Of a DNA stretch of 64,000 nt, positions 1 to 10,149 are shown piece after piece; the stretch's first letter is position 1; each line of letters begins with the position of its first letter. Made by a program: the position numbers and the translations under genes. Source of the DNA: Bacteroidia bacterium (GTDB taxonomy: Bacteria > Bacteroidota > Bacteroidia > Chitinophagales > Saprospiraceae); NCBI GenBank assembly GCA_030433135.1, contig JAUILF010000001.1, forward strand, positions 2,891-66,890. The letters run 5' to 3'. The notes beneath the pieces were generated by a model. It was not told where the DNA came from and made no database searches. It saw only the letters and a program-made list of their open reading frames with translations.

Positions 1-3000
1 TAATTCGGCAATCACCTCCTGCACTCTGCCATATGCCTGGCTTCTGGCTTTGTCAAAGGCCTTCTGTCTGGCAACAGTACTCAGATCAATACCATCGAGA
101 TACAAGGATTGAACTTCCCATTTAGCTCTCGCATTGCAGCTAGTGGTCAGCGCTGAGAGTGAAAAATCGGCATTTTCCTTTTGCCGCAAAAGGTCAAATT
201 TCTCAATTGCCTTTTCATAAAGGGCAAGCTGATAATAAATCTGTGCCTGTCTTTCAATTACCCGGTTGGTAAGCAGTGTTAATTCATCTCGAGCCAGGGC
301 GGCATCAATTTTTGCCAACTCATTCAAATATCCCTCAGTATCACCCAGACCCATTTGTATGTGGTTCATGGTATTATCGAGGGCGATCTCAGCCTCTTCC
401 GGTACGATAAAATATCGATCCGAATCTTCACTGGTACTTGTTGAGAATCTAAAAAATGGATCCCCGTAACACTGGTAGGCACCCCAGGTATTGTATCCAG
501 GGTATCGATCGTAAATGCAACTTCTTGCTTTCCTGACTGCATCGCCAAAGTTGTCACCAGCTAACATTTGCTTATAGAATTCGCGGGCAAAATCCAGGGC
601 TGCTCCGTCATTCACTACCCAACCAGCAGCAATCACGGCCTTAACTCCGATACTGATTAACTGAGTCCCGATATTTGCTGCCAACTTGTATCGATCGCGA
701 TAATACTTCTCATGTTCATCATTTACAGCTCCAAGATGACAACAGTTGACAAAGACAAACTCCGGAACCACAGGTAACTGTTTGATATGAAATACTGAAA
801 TATAGAGTTTATTCCCTATCACCATTCCAGACTGATCCGGCGACTTCTCATTGAAGATTCCATGACCAGCCAGATGGATAATCGAATAGTTTTTGCTAAA
901 AAAGTTCTTAGTGATGGTCGCAGCATCTGACTCAATAAGTGCCGTGGTGCTATAATAATTGGAAAGGTTCTCCGCTACTTCGTGCCCCTCCTGGCGAGCC
1001 CCACGTAATTGGCCAATAAAACCTCCTAAAACTGGATCTGCTATGACCAATGCCCGCTGAGTCGCAACCCGTTTGATTTCTTTCCTGTAGTCACTCGTTG
1101 AAAGTTGTCGAATCATCCCTGTATGAATACAAAGTGGTTTGGCGTTCAAAGAGTTGTCCTGGAGCAATTCCCATGGATATGAAGCAGTATCCGTGTCAAG
1201 AATCCAGGAAAGATTTCCTTTGCGACCTAGCCTCTCCTTCATCTCATTAGGGATCAATAGTTGGAAAAGAGTCCTTGCGATGTCTTCATTCCAGTTGTTC
1301 TTTGTAGAAGCTTTCGCAATGAATAAATCGATCAGTGGAGTACTGCTGAATACCCGACCTACCTCCTGGCGTGAAGAAGAGGTAGATGCGCCAAATATCA
1401 AACTTGGGATTTCGCTGGTCTCCTGACTCCCGGGATGAAACTTGACGGTTATTCGATTCCACCATTCCGCTGATGCATCCATCGGTATTCGCTTCCACAC
1501 ACCATATTTTGTTATAATCTGCGAACTGGCGATGACAATATTGTAATTGTCGTTCTCTGTTTTGACGATGCTATTCAAGCTGTACATGCAGTTAAGGGCG
1601 CGATCAGAGTAACGCTCGATAAATTCAAGATGATCCACAGTATGATAAATGTTGCGATCGAGTTCTCTGATCTTGATGTTCGCCTGGTTGATTCCCGTAA
1701 TGATCGCCTTCATTGAACTCTCAATCGTTAAGCCACCGTATCCATTTGCCATCAGCAAAGATGAAATGCCAATTTTCTCAAATTCCTCACCGGAACCCGA
1801 AAGCTCGATCAGATAATTAAGAACACCCTGTTCAACAGATCTGGAAAGCTCCTGTGATGTCAGAAATTCGGGTTCGCCCATCCCCACAATTATAGCCCCT
1901 TTAAAATCGCTCTCTTTGGGAGATCTAAAGAAGTAATTGGTCCCAATCTCACCGGGATAAAGTCCCAAAGCATGTTTGTCGCTGAGAACTTTTCTCAGAT
2001 TCACATCAATGGCTTTCTCTGCATACAAAATCTCGTCGTTTTGGAAGTGACCTGCCAATATCGGATACTTCGCATATCTCAAATCACCCTGTACGACGGT
2101 CACGCTAAGCGGTATTTGGCTCACCTTGAACCTATCGGCCGTCTTGAGACCTAGAATTGTGTTTAAAAAACCTTGCTCTGACATATCAAAATCAATATCG
2201 GGTTCTCCCCGAAAGACTTTTTCCCGGTCGATCAAAGGCGGAGGTACCTGGCGAAGAAATTTAGTTTTACCTGTAGACAGAATTTCCTCAATGCCTTCAA
2301 ATATCTCAGGACTATTTGCCAAAGCTCCGTGAGAGATCTCAGTATAATATACGGAGTTATTATCGCGCATCCGCTGGGGTATTCCCAGTTTCCAGGATAC
2401 GCTTTGGTCACCTTCCCGGGTATAAATGAATCCCAATTCCTTCTTATCTTCGGGCTGGAAGTCTTTCAGATAATAACCAACCGGTGTCTGAGAATCCAGT
2501 CCTGCAATGTAGACCATGTTTGAATAATCCACACTGGCATCCTGGAACCAGCTATTGACCTGTGACCTGTATTTCCTGAAATCATCCAGATCTTTAGCGC
2601 TGGGTAAAGGCCAGGCTTCATCACCCATGTAGGTTCGCAGTCTTTCCCAAAGCTGGATATTCGCGTAATCTTCTTCCTCCTCGGAAGTAAGGGGGAGCAA
2701 GCCAAGAATCCCTGGGAACTTTCTAAATATTCTAAGTAATCCCTTTTTGGTATGTATGAGGTCGAGTTTGCTGACTTTATTGATAATATCGTCTCTTCCG
2801 AACAGGACCGTCAGGATGCGATGAGAACCTCCTAGTGGCGATCCGAGATAAATCAATCGAAATCCTTCCATATCGTTTAGCTTGCGCCAGGTTGAATCAT
2901 GGTTGATTATAAAGTCTCTAACAAGCACACCCCCCATTGAGTGACCTATGATCTTGATCGGCTGATTCTTTTTTGAGGCCATATCCAATAGCGCTTCCAT

Positions 3001-4842
3001 CCTCGTATTAAACTCATCCGCACACTCTCGTATAGGTATACGCCAGTCGAAAGGAAAAATAATCACATCATATTTATAGGAGAGCCAGGTGACCAACTTA
3101 TCATACGACGACTTTACTATCGAAGTAGCCTCAATCTTGTTAACTGGATTATACCGGATCTCTTTCAGTCCACCGATGACCATCCTTCCATAGTGTAGCC
3201 ATAGCTCCTTATTATTCTTCGTTAAATTAGAACCCATGATTCCGGGTAGTAATACAACAATTGGCCGTTCCCATGTCGGTAGGCTGTCATCTGGTACGAG
3301 CTCTCCGTATTCAATGGCCCGGTCCTCTTTTGGCACCTCGTATTGGTCAACTGATTTAAATCCAGGAATACTAGCGCCCTGCGCGGCCTTCATAGCCAGA
3401 TCAATGGCATCCAGAGTACTTTTGTTAAGAAAGTAATGGAAGTGAGATACTGACTTACCCTGGTCAAAAAAGTATTGAATACTTTCCTGCCGTTTAGCTC
3501 CCAGGTACATGGAATCCGTGTTCACAACAAGATCGTTGCGTCTCCAATAAAACAATTTGCCAAGAATGATGAGAAGTCCCTTTCCTGAGAAACTTGCAAT
3601 TCCGTTTCCAGATACCACGGCAAGTGCCTTACCGCCAATAGCCGCCTCTTCAGACGGATCATTCAATACCCGAATGAAAGGGGAATCCGGTATTTGAGCT
3701 TCAAGACCGGGCAACACATTCACATCACTCTTGCTGGTTACAGCTGTCATAACCAACTCAGAAAGGATATCGCCTGTTACTCCGGGAAGTAAGTTTAGGA
3801 AAGCATTCAGGACATGATCAAGCCGCCTGGAAGCCAGCTTGGTACCGGCAGCGGGACATGCTACCCGAATAAACTTCTGCACTGTTACTACCTTCTCAGT
3901 ATAGATTTTCTCCAGCTCCCCTAGCAACTTCCAATCACTGCGACCTTCTTCCTTAAGCAGATTGATGTGCTTCTCCCTGAAGCCGCGAGCGTTATTATTT
4001 TCTTCACTGTAGCGGTTGATAATATCACCAATGAGTCCTCCGCGCGAATGCGAAAGTATATGAACGATAGCCCTATCTGGCAAGAGTTCCGCCAGCCGTA
4101 TGGCGTTTTGTAAAGGGCTGTGTGTCAGCGTTCGATGTTGAAAAGCCAGTACTTTGTTCGGATAATTCTCAAACAATGTGTTCCAGACAATTGAACCTTT
4201 CAAGTCGCTAAAAGACCCAAGAGTATTAGAAAATGTACCATGAATAAAGATGAAATACGGTGCATCAGGATCATAATCCGACATCTCCTTCTCTTCGTTG
4301 GCATCGAAGATCTCAAACTCAAAGTTTGGCGAAACCTTAAACAACTCACCACCTTCTTTGATAAAATTTCTGGTTTCGAGAGCTTTCCGTATCCCGCTAT
4401 TTTCATCTTCAGGCAGATTGGTGAGCAATTGTCTGACGTCCAAAACCTCAGCTAGCTTGGTCACAGACGATTTCACCACATCTTTCTTTGCAAATAATGT
4501 CAGGAGTTTTAGCGCGATTTTCCCCACGTGGCCACGCTCTGATGCCGGACCCTCCATGGCTTCAGGAAGTGTGAAGGTCCCCCTCTGATCACCTCGATCC
4601 AGATAACCAGGTATTTCTGGATCTACCTCCGGAAATAACTCATAGATTGAGTTTTTATCCACAATCCACTGTGTACCTAGCTCATCATCCAGTGTAAGTT
4701 CAAGTAAATCATCATTGGCTGTTAAATCTATTTCGTACTGGTTGTCGACGTCGCGATTACCTGGTTCGAGGGTATAAGTAATACTACCATCAGCATTTTC
4801 GCGCTTTGTTCCATGTACCAGGAGTGTATTCAGAGGTTGCAT
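1..4842 (-). CDS. Giant multidomain protein, 3' end cut by the window edge: two alpha/beta-hydrolase (lipase-like) modules, then a CHAT (caspase-like) protease domain and a helical tail
   Basis: It is absent from the ORF track because no stop lies inside the window. The frame set by ATG 4840-4842 (MQPLNTLLVHGTKR) has no listed complete minus ORF, so it stays open to position 1 (1614 codons). Hand-translated motifs: PYFIFIHGTFSNTLGSFSDL (4201-4260); ILSHSRGGLIGD nucleophile elbow (4021-4080); IKIIGHSMGGVL second elbow (~2923-2960); CHAT dyad IIHLAGHG (~855-880) and FVFVNCCHLG (~735-765). Confidence 0.8.
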   Translation of the reverse strand, partial: MQPLNTLLVHGTKRENADGSITYTLEPGNRDVDNQYEIDLTANDDLLELTLDDELGTQWIVDKNSIYELFPEVDPEIPGYLDRGDQRGTFTLPEAMEGPASERGHVGKIALKLLTLFAKKDVVKSSVTKLAEVLDVRQLLTNLPEDENSGIRKALETRNFIKEGGELFKVSPNFEFEIFDANEEKEMSDYDPDAPYFIFIHGTFSNTLGSFSDLKGSIVWNTLFENYPNKVLAFQHRTLTHSPLQNAIRLAELLPDRAIVHILSHSRGGLIGDIINRYSEENNNARGFREKHINLLKEEGRSDWKLLGELEKIYTEKVVTVQKFIRVACPAAGTKLASRRLDHVLNAFLNLLPGVTGDILSELVMTAVTSKSDVNVLPGLEAQIPDSPFIRVLNDPSEEAAIGGKALAVVSGNGIASFSGKGLLIILGKLFYWRRNDLVVNTDSMYLGAKRQESIQYFFDQGKSVSHFHYFLNKSTLDAIDLAMKAAQGASIPGFKSVDQYEVPKEDRAIEYGELVPDDSLPTWERPIVVLLPGIMGSNLTKNNKELWLHYGRMVIGGLKEIRYNPVNKIEATSIVKSSYDKLVTWLSYKYDVIIFPFDWRIPIRECADEFNTRMEALLDMASKKNQPIKIIGHSMGGVLVRDFIINHDSTWRKLNDMEGFRLIYLGSPLGGSHRILTVLFGRDDIINKVSKLDLIHTKKGLLRIFRKFPGILGLLPLTSEEEEDYANIQLWERLRTYMGDEAWPLPSAKDLDDFRKYRSQVNSWFQDASVDYSNMVYIAGLDSQTPVGYYLKDFQPEDKKELGFIYTREGDQSVSWKLGIPQRMRDNNSVYYTEISHGALANSPEIFEGIEEILSTGKTKFLRQVPPPLIDREKVFRGEPDIDFDMSEQGFLNTILGLKTADRFKVSQIPLSVTVVQGDLRYAKYPILAGHFQNDEILYAEKAIDVNLRKVLSDKHALGLYPGEIGTNYFFRSPKESDFKGAIIVGMGEPEFLTSQELSRSVEQGVLNYLIELSGSGEEFEKIGISSLLMANGYGGLTIESSMKAIITGINQANIKIRELDRNIYHTVDHLEFIERYSDRALNCMYSLNSIVKTENDNYNIVIASSQIITKYGVWKRIPMDASAEWWNRITVKFHPGSQETSEIPSLIFGASTSSSRQEVGRVFSSTPLIDLFIAKASTKNNWNEDIARTLFQLLIPNEMKERLGRKGNLSWILDTDTASYPWELLQDNSLNAKPLCIHTGMIRQLSTSDYRKEIKRVATQRALVIADPVLGGFIGQLRGARQEGHEVAENLSNYYSTTALIESDAATITKNFFSKNYSIIHLAGHGIFNEKSPDQSGMVIGNKLYISVFHIKQLPVVPEFVFVNCCHLGAVNDEHEKYYRDRYKLAANIGTQLISIGVKAVIAAGWVVNDGAALDFAREFYKQMLAGDNFGDAVRKARSCIYDRYPGYNTWGAYQCYGDPFFRFSTSTSEDSDRYFIVPEEAEIALDNTMNHIQMGLGDTEGYLNELAKIDAALARDELTLLTNRVIERQAQIYYQLALYEKAIEKFDLLRQKENADFSLSALTTSCNARAKWEVQSLYLDGIDLSTVARQKAFDKARSQAYGRVQEVIAEL

Positions 4843-4861
4843 TCGCTTGTGTTTAATTTTT

Positions 4862-5962
4862 TCATTTTGTTTGATGCCGGGCCGCAACAATGGATTTCAA
4901 TATCGAATAGCGCGCTTCAGCCCGCAATTCGATATTGTTCTTTTCCTGTGAACTTCGCAACCAATTGACAATCTGCTGGCCTCTGGTGTTGATCAAACCA
5001 GGATTGATACATTTTGAGGAAATAATCAACTGAATCTGCGTGGTCTGCTCCCAGAGATAGTATCCAAAGGGGGTCTTTATCAGTGTAAGATCCGGAAAGC
5101 CGATAAGGTTTTTTACCTGTGACTCGGTGACATTTCCATAGACAGTGATAAAGTGAATCACTCCCCTTTTGAACCTGGAGCCACTGATTTCCCTGTGTTC
5201 GTATAAGAATGGTCTGCCGAGAGAGTTACGTGCATCAGACACAGACATATGGTCGGGTACAGCATGGTATAGGCAGATCGTATCTTCAAATATATGCTTG
5301 AACACTTTGCCAGTTAGAAGTTCGATCTCGTGGGTTCGTTGAATATAGGAGAGTTTACTCCAACTCAGTGTCTTACCGAATACCGTGTTACCGGCATCCA
5401 ATTGCTTCTTGGCGACAAAAGCCCTCTTTATAGACTCTCCAATATATCCTTCAATCAGGGTTTTAACCTCACTCTGGAGTTGTGAGACAGTATTAACGGC
5501 GATATGTTCCTGAAACTTTTCGTACCTATCTATATCTTTTTGGAATGCATCATTTTTGCTAATCTGAACCTTATTGTATTTGACACCTTTGAAGTAGTTT
5601 TTTAAGTTAATGCCAAAGGTCATGGAGGGGTGTTCCTGAACCGCACTTAAATATTCCTGATGGCAAATTCCGTTGGACTCAGCACTGGGAGCCCAGCCTG
5701 CATCACCAGCGTATAAAATGACAATAATATCGCTTTCGGCCACCTCAGCCAGACATGTGTCAAATACGTCCTGATCAAATGTTGCATTGAATCCTTCTTC
5801 ATGGACGATTACATCTATCAGAGTACTGGACAGATAACGTTCTTCTTCAAAGGTGACCCTTAAAAACTTACGAAGGTGGGACAGGGAATAATTTGAATCA
5901 TCCAGTCCTTCAAAGACCGGACTCGTACGGCTGGAGAGAAAGAGTTTTATCGGAGTGATCAT
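4862..5962 (-). CDS. DUF4062-like N-terminal domain protein, 366 aa
   Basis: Complete ORF with ATG at 5960-5962 and a 19-nt gap to the CHAT gene downstream on the same strand. The N-terminus KLFLSSRTS..EEERYL..CLAEVAESDIIVILYAGDAGW..CHQEYLSA parallels the N-terminus of the STAND protein at 10720-13851 (IFLSSTFLDMQAERDYL..CLREIDRCRPYMVVLLGDRYGW..ALEIEYG). That is the DUF4062 pattern. Confidence 0.7.
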   Translation of the reverse strand: MITPIKLFLSSRTSPVFEGLDDSNYSLSHLRKFLRVTFEEERYLSSTLIDVIVHEEGFNATFDQDVFDTCLAEVAESDIIVILYAGDAGWAPSAESNGICHQEYLSAVQEHPSMTFGINLKNYFKGVKYNKVQISKNDAFQKDIDRYEKFQEHIAVNTVSQLQSEVKTLIEGYIGESIKRAFVAKKQLDAGNTVFGKTLSWSKLSYIQRTHEIELLTGKVFKHIFEDTICLYHAVPDHMSVSDARNSLGRPFLYEHREISGSRFKRGVIHFITVYGNVTESQVKNLIGFPDLTLIKTPFGYYLWEQTTQIQLIISSKCINPGLINTRGQQIVNWLRSSQEKNNIELRAEARYSILKSIVAARHQTK

Positions 5963-6642
5963 GTTCTGACAAGGACTTTACAGGGATCAAGAAGTTACGG
6001 ATTTCCCCATTTAGATTCAAGTGGGGCAAATTCAATACTGAATTGCACTTACTTGTCTGAAATTACTACTCGATACCCTTGTCCGTGCCGACTAGTGAGA
6101 TAAACCCGAACCCTTCTCCCACTTTAACCAATTTAAGAAGCAATACCTCCCCAAAATCAGTTCCAATCCCACATCCTGTTGCCGGCAGATTGTTGAAGAA
6201 TCACTTAATTGCTGTCCCACAAAGTCCACTTTCGATATATGGCATCGCTATCAGCTACGGGAAGATGCCGATCGATCACCGATGAGTTTCTCCTTTATAA
6301 CTACCTGCTGGTAGCACGCATATGGCGCTCTAATTGCAACTTATAAGCTCAAGTGCTGGTGGCTGCCCTCTCTATGCTTGCTCATAGCTGGATTCGTGTC
6401 AGACCGATAAAATCATGCTATTACCTTTGTAACCCAGATCTTCCACTAATCCTGATCGAAATTTGCTCAAAACAAATTGCAGCAGGACCCAATTATTTTC
6501 CCTTTGATCACCCTCACCTTCGCTGGAAATTGCAAATGCTGATTTCCAGTTTTCTACATATTTTTCCATCCTATGCAACTGACCGCTATTGCTATCAATG
6601 CCCAACCATTTTTTACGTAGATTCCCTAAAACACTCAAGGGC

Positions 6643-6855
6643 CTAGTTTGTCTGAAATACGGAAGACCTACAAACTTCGTCCGAAGGAAGGATGTAGTCA
6701 CATGTCACCAAAGTCTTGTCGTCAATCATGAAACCAGTTCCAAAACTCGGATTGCCATCATGGTTCACTACAACTCTTCCAACATTGGGTGCAATCCTGA
6801 GGAACTTTCTAAGGAAGTCAATCGGAACAAATTTGTCCTTTCTGCCTATTATCAT
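6643..6855 (-). pseudogene. Remnant of a trypsin-like (S1) serine protease N-terminus
   Basis: The 70-aa ORF reads FVPIDFLRKFLRIAPNVGRVVVNHDGNPSFGTGFMIDDKTLVTCDYIL. This matches the usual ...AVcRI....GsGFli...lLlTNnHVl start of bacterial trypsin-like effector domains. The catalytic His position reads Tyr, and the frame breaks after about 70 codons. Confidence 0.3.
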
Positions 6856-6874
6856 TATGAATATTTATTCTATA

Positions 6875-7165
6875 TACCGTGCGGCGGATAGTCACTGTAG
6901 TGATCCCCTCCCAGTGCCGGTTTTTTGAAATGCAAAATTTAGGCTATTTCCTAACAATTTATTAGCATTCTTAGAGAAATTGATGTGGGACTCACTCTCT
7001 GTTCGATTCTCGAGCGCAACAAGGCCTACGTTCTCCACATTGCCTTTGCCAGACTCCTGTACCATAGGCTACCCGCCGAACGTCCAGATGTCTCACTCCA
7101 GCTGCGGAATCCTATCTTTTGTCTTCTTTGAGCCGATGCCTTGAGTGCGGATGGCATAGGACCTC
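6875..7165. repeat. Copy A of a 150-300-nt repeat family (copies A-D), directly 5' of the trypsin-like remnant
   Basis: It aligns by eye along its length with 22135-22430 and 21001-21330 and partly with 20036-20190. Shared core ctcactccagctgcggaa lies at 7092-7109. Hairpin ATGCC 7136-7140 / GGCAT 7153-7157. Confidence 0.7.
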
Positions 7166-7193
7166 ATGAGTTGTTAATTATTAACTACAGTAT

Positions 7194-7745
7194 TTAATTT
7201 ATTATTGATATGACTGAATCTTCAATCTTGCATAATTCTATTAAACTCTCCTCTTCAAATCGAACCTCGTTCTCATTTCCTTTTATGTCTAATAAACCCA
7301 TGATTGGTCGAGACTCAAAAAAACCATTTACTATTTCACCTTTTACTACTTTCGAATTAGGTAAGATTCCTCCAAAATCTCCATGAACGCAAACTATTAT
7401 GGCTTGGCCATTTGATAATCCACCTTCTTCTATTGCCTTATCAAACCTATTTTTTGTAATATTATCCTTTTGTTCCTTGAGAGCATCTGAGCTAATTAGT
7501 GTATTTGGTAGTTCAACCCTGGTCAAATGTCTAAAATGACTTCCAATTCCTAAAATTGTATCTACGCATCTTATAACTGATGAAGAAAGCAAAGCCTCTA
7601 TTTTTCCAATTTTATATTTCTTGAGATATTGTGCTATTTGTTTGGAGATATGAAATAATTTATGCTTGCCATATTCTGATAATGGTCAAAAGTTTTCTTC
7701 ATTGGCATTTTCTGCGTCGGAATGAGTAATAAAATTTTTTTTCAT
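7194..7745 (-). pseudogene. SixA/phosphoglycerate-mutase-type histidine phosphatase with an in-frame TGA
   Basis: ATG at 7743-7745 gives MKKNFITHSDAENANEENF*PLSEYGKHKLFHISKQIAQYLKKYKIGKIEALLSSSVIRCVDT. The family pattern is RHG.A....D..RPLs..G......g..l......i..Sp..Ra..T. The stop (7686-7688) falls where the conserved Arg before PLS is expected, and RHG reads THS. The ORF track only reports the part after the stop (7194-7592, TTG start). Confidence 0.45.
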
Positions 7746-7859
7746 TTAAAATTATTTTGGTGATTTTAAAATTTTCATTTTTCACTTATTGCGCATAACA
7801 GGAGTACTCGCAATAACCCTAATATCTGTTATTAAGAGCTAGATATGCAGATCTCAGCG

Positions 7860-9365
7860 AGATCATTTGGAAATTACAAATATAGTGGGTCACTGTATTG
7901 AGAGCCTCCCTGGAACCACTGAACAGAAATATGGCCGAAAATAGACTCTTTTGGGGCCTTTTCATCGTTTTTTCAGCCCTACAATGCCAATTAGAACTCC
8001 CCGTCTTTCACAGCGTGACAACTCGATTACCGTCTGGTAACCCTTATCTGCTAACAAATTGATCTTATCAATACCCAGCAAATTCCTTTGCCAGCTTGCC
8101 AGCTTCACTTAACCCGCAGGTATCATTAACCCCTTTACTAAATATATCTACTATACCTCCACCTTTCAATTTGCGTAGGTGCCACTTCCTTCATCCTAGT
8201 TCTTTGAGGGCTAGTCTATTGCTATAGCTGTCATAGGCTCCGTCAGTGTATACAGACTTCACACTACTACCTGTGATATGTTCAGTATGCTTCATGGCTG
8301 GAAGTAAATACGCATCATCACTATGAGTTGCCTTTTCCAGTAGTACATCCGTAATTAGGTTAATTTCTTCGCCCACCATTTCCGTTATATTAGAACTGTA
8401 TCCACAGATTTTCTGCTGATGAGAACCATGTCCTTTTATTCGATACGATGCATCTGGGTCATGGATTGATTGCATACTGTTTGAACTAATTTTGGCGGCG
8501 GCCTTGGGACTTACTTCAGGATCTTTTGTATGACCTTGTGAGTCATTCAAATGGTCTTGTCCATCCACTTGTTCTGCTACCTTATATTGTTCTTCAAACA
8601 TCCGCTTTAATCCAGCATGATGTGGACTATCAGCTTCGGAGTATATATTGAGCACTTTTCGTATCAGAAAACCCAGTCGTTTTACCCAATCTCTTTCTTC
8701 CTCTTTCCGCATTCCATACAAATGATTCGATACTGATTTTGACATAATATCAGCTATAAAATCTTTGTCTGCTTGCTTTATGATTCGTTTGGTTGCCTCC
8801 TCATCCAATGTTCTGTAAAACATTTGAAAGGCCTGCAAATCTTTTGCATCCGGGTCCAGGTGCCTATATTGGTTTGAATTAATTTGCTATCCATCCGGAT
8901 TTGCTTACCACCCAACTTATATTTGCTGACCTAGGATGTAGTTATAGTTCCAAACAATTTCGAGAATAGGTTTACCCCGTTTTCCTCCCAGTAGTTACTC
9001 AACCGAACTTTAAAGTCATAATACGTACTTGGAACCGGAACCTCATCATTCAGGTTCGTTAGTCCCAATGCTCTCATAATGGCTATATTGTACCGACAAT
9101 TCTCATACATCTGCTCATCAGTCCATTCCTGACCTTCCTTCAAAATAATCATGGCTACCAAGACTCTTATTGGTGCATTTGGTCGGCCAGACTGAGCATA
9201 CATCGGCTCAAACAGTGATTCATCTATTTGACTGGTTACATCTGAGTAGAATACATTGAACCAGGCATTTTCCGATACTAAATCCTCATATTTCTTGCTC
9301 CCCAGATGTTGTACCGAACCACTAAATAGATCCTGAGGTGATGATTTTGTGCTCTTCTTATACAT
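7860..9365 (-). mobile_element. Degenerate IS5/IS1182-like insertion sequence (DUF772-type transposase, frameshifted)
   Basis: ORF 8931-9365 has the DUF772 signature (YAQSGRPNAPIRVLVAMIILKEGQEWTDEQMYENCRYNIAIMRALGL). ORF 8191-8838 ends in a DDE-type ..VYTDGAYDSYSNRLALKELG. Further fragments in other frames (LLADKGYQTVIELSRCERRGV at about 7990-8080) show multiple frame breaks. An 8-bp perfect inverted repeat AAATACGA/TCGTATTT lies at 9373-9396, just upstream of the ORF. Confidence 0.55.
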
Positions 9366-9405
9366 ATTAATAAAATACGAAATATATCTCGTATTTCATT
9401 CCTCA

Positions 9406-10015
9406 TCACTGACTTTTCGGAGTGGCCTCAGCTATTCTACCATCAATGTATTCCAGATGCCTTTTAATCTTCTTGTGATTGAAATCATTCTTTAGACTAT
9501 TTTGCCCTCGTATTTTCATGGAGTCCACTGCCAGTGTTTCCCCCGCAACTAACTTCCAGTCCTTCAGCATCCTAACAAAGTACTTAGGGGCTTTTTCTAT
9601 TGGCAGGGCCATTATTAGATCGAAAATAATTAATGGTATATTGTGATGGTCTCAGACCTTTCAGAAGCCACATGACCTCTACGTCAATCTTGCAGGCCTC
9701 TGACAACTTTAAACTTGATCGGATTCGCTTACGATATCCGTACAACACAAACTTACATAGATCACTTGGATGATAGGGTATGTTTCCTTCCTTATTCAAC
9801 TCCATATTCATGAAGCCAAAATCTCCCAAAGACATGGAATCAACGAATAAATCAACAATTCTAGCCCAGCTATCAGCAGCTACCATCTCCTCCATTGAGG
9901 TCACAAACATTTGGTTGCGATCTTGCCCATCTTGATAATGCATGAATGGATGGTTTATGATGCTAAAAGATTTTTGAACTTGTGCTGGAGCCTGTGAACT
10001 CCAAACTAACAGCAT
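9406..10015 (-). mobile_element. IS1182-family transposase N-terminal fragment (frameshifted, interrupted)
   Basis: ORF 9584-10015 reads YQDGQDRNQMFVTSMEEMVAADSWARIVDLFVDSMSLGDFGF..GNIPYHPSDLCKFVLYGYRKRIRSSLKLSEACKIDVEVMWLLKGLRPSQYTINYFR, which is the IS1182 N-terminal pattern. It continues in another frame in ORF 9406-9612 (LVAGETLAVDSMKIRGQNS..RHLEYIDGRI) and then stops at the neighbouring IS. Confidence 0.55.
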
Positions 10016-10149
10016 AGCAAATGTTACTTTAGTGAATATTTTCTTAAGACTTCACCTTTAAAAAGTCAACATTGTGTCCAACGTACACCATAAAGTTTCG
10101 GCTGACCGGATGGGAAGCTGGACATCTCATGGGCTGTTGCGCTTAGTCT

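Noticed and set aside
6079-6300. GNAT-like peptide on the minus strand (..PATGCGIGTDFGEVLLLKLVKVGEGFGFISLVGTDKG..).
   Set aside because: There is only a short motif-A-like stretch, stops break all frames, and the evidence is too weak to annotate.
6868-6880. GTGCG at the gene-proximal edge of repeat copy A, resembling a group II intron 5' end.
   Set aside because: It is present in copy A only (B reads gtcgcg, C gcaacg). There is no intron-encoded protein and no domain V-like AGC...GNRA hairpin. The element is about 300 nt, not more than 600 nt.
6987-7030. tRNA-like T-loop string gttcgattc inside repeat copy A (also ttcgattcc in copy C), which could have indicated a tRNA-derived att site.
   Set aside because: The flanking bases cannot form a T-stem (ctctg vs ctcga; gcca vs cccc), and there is no acceptor or anticodon arm.
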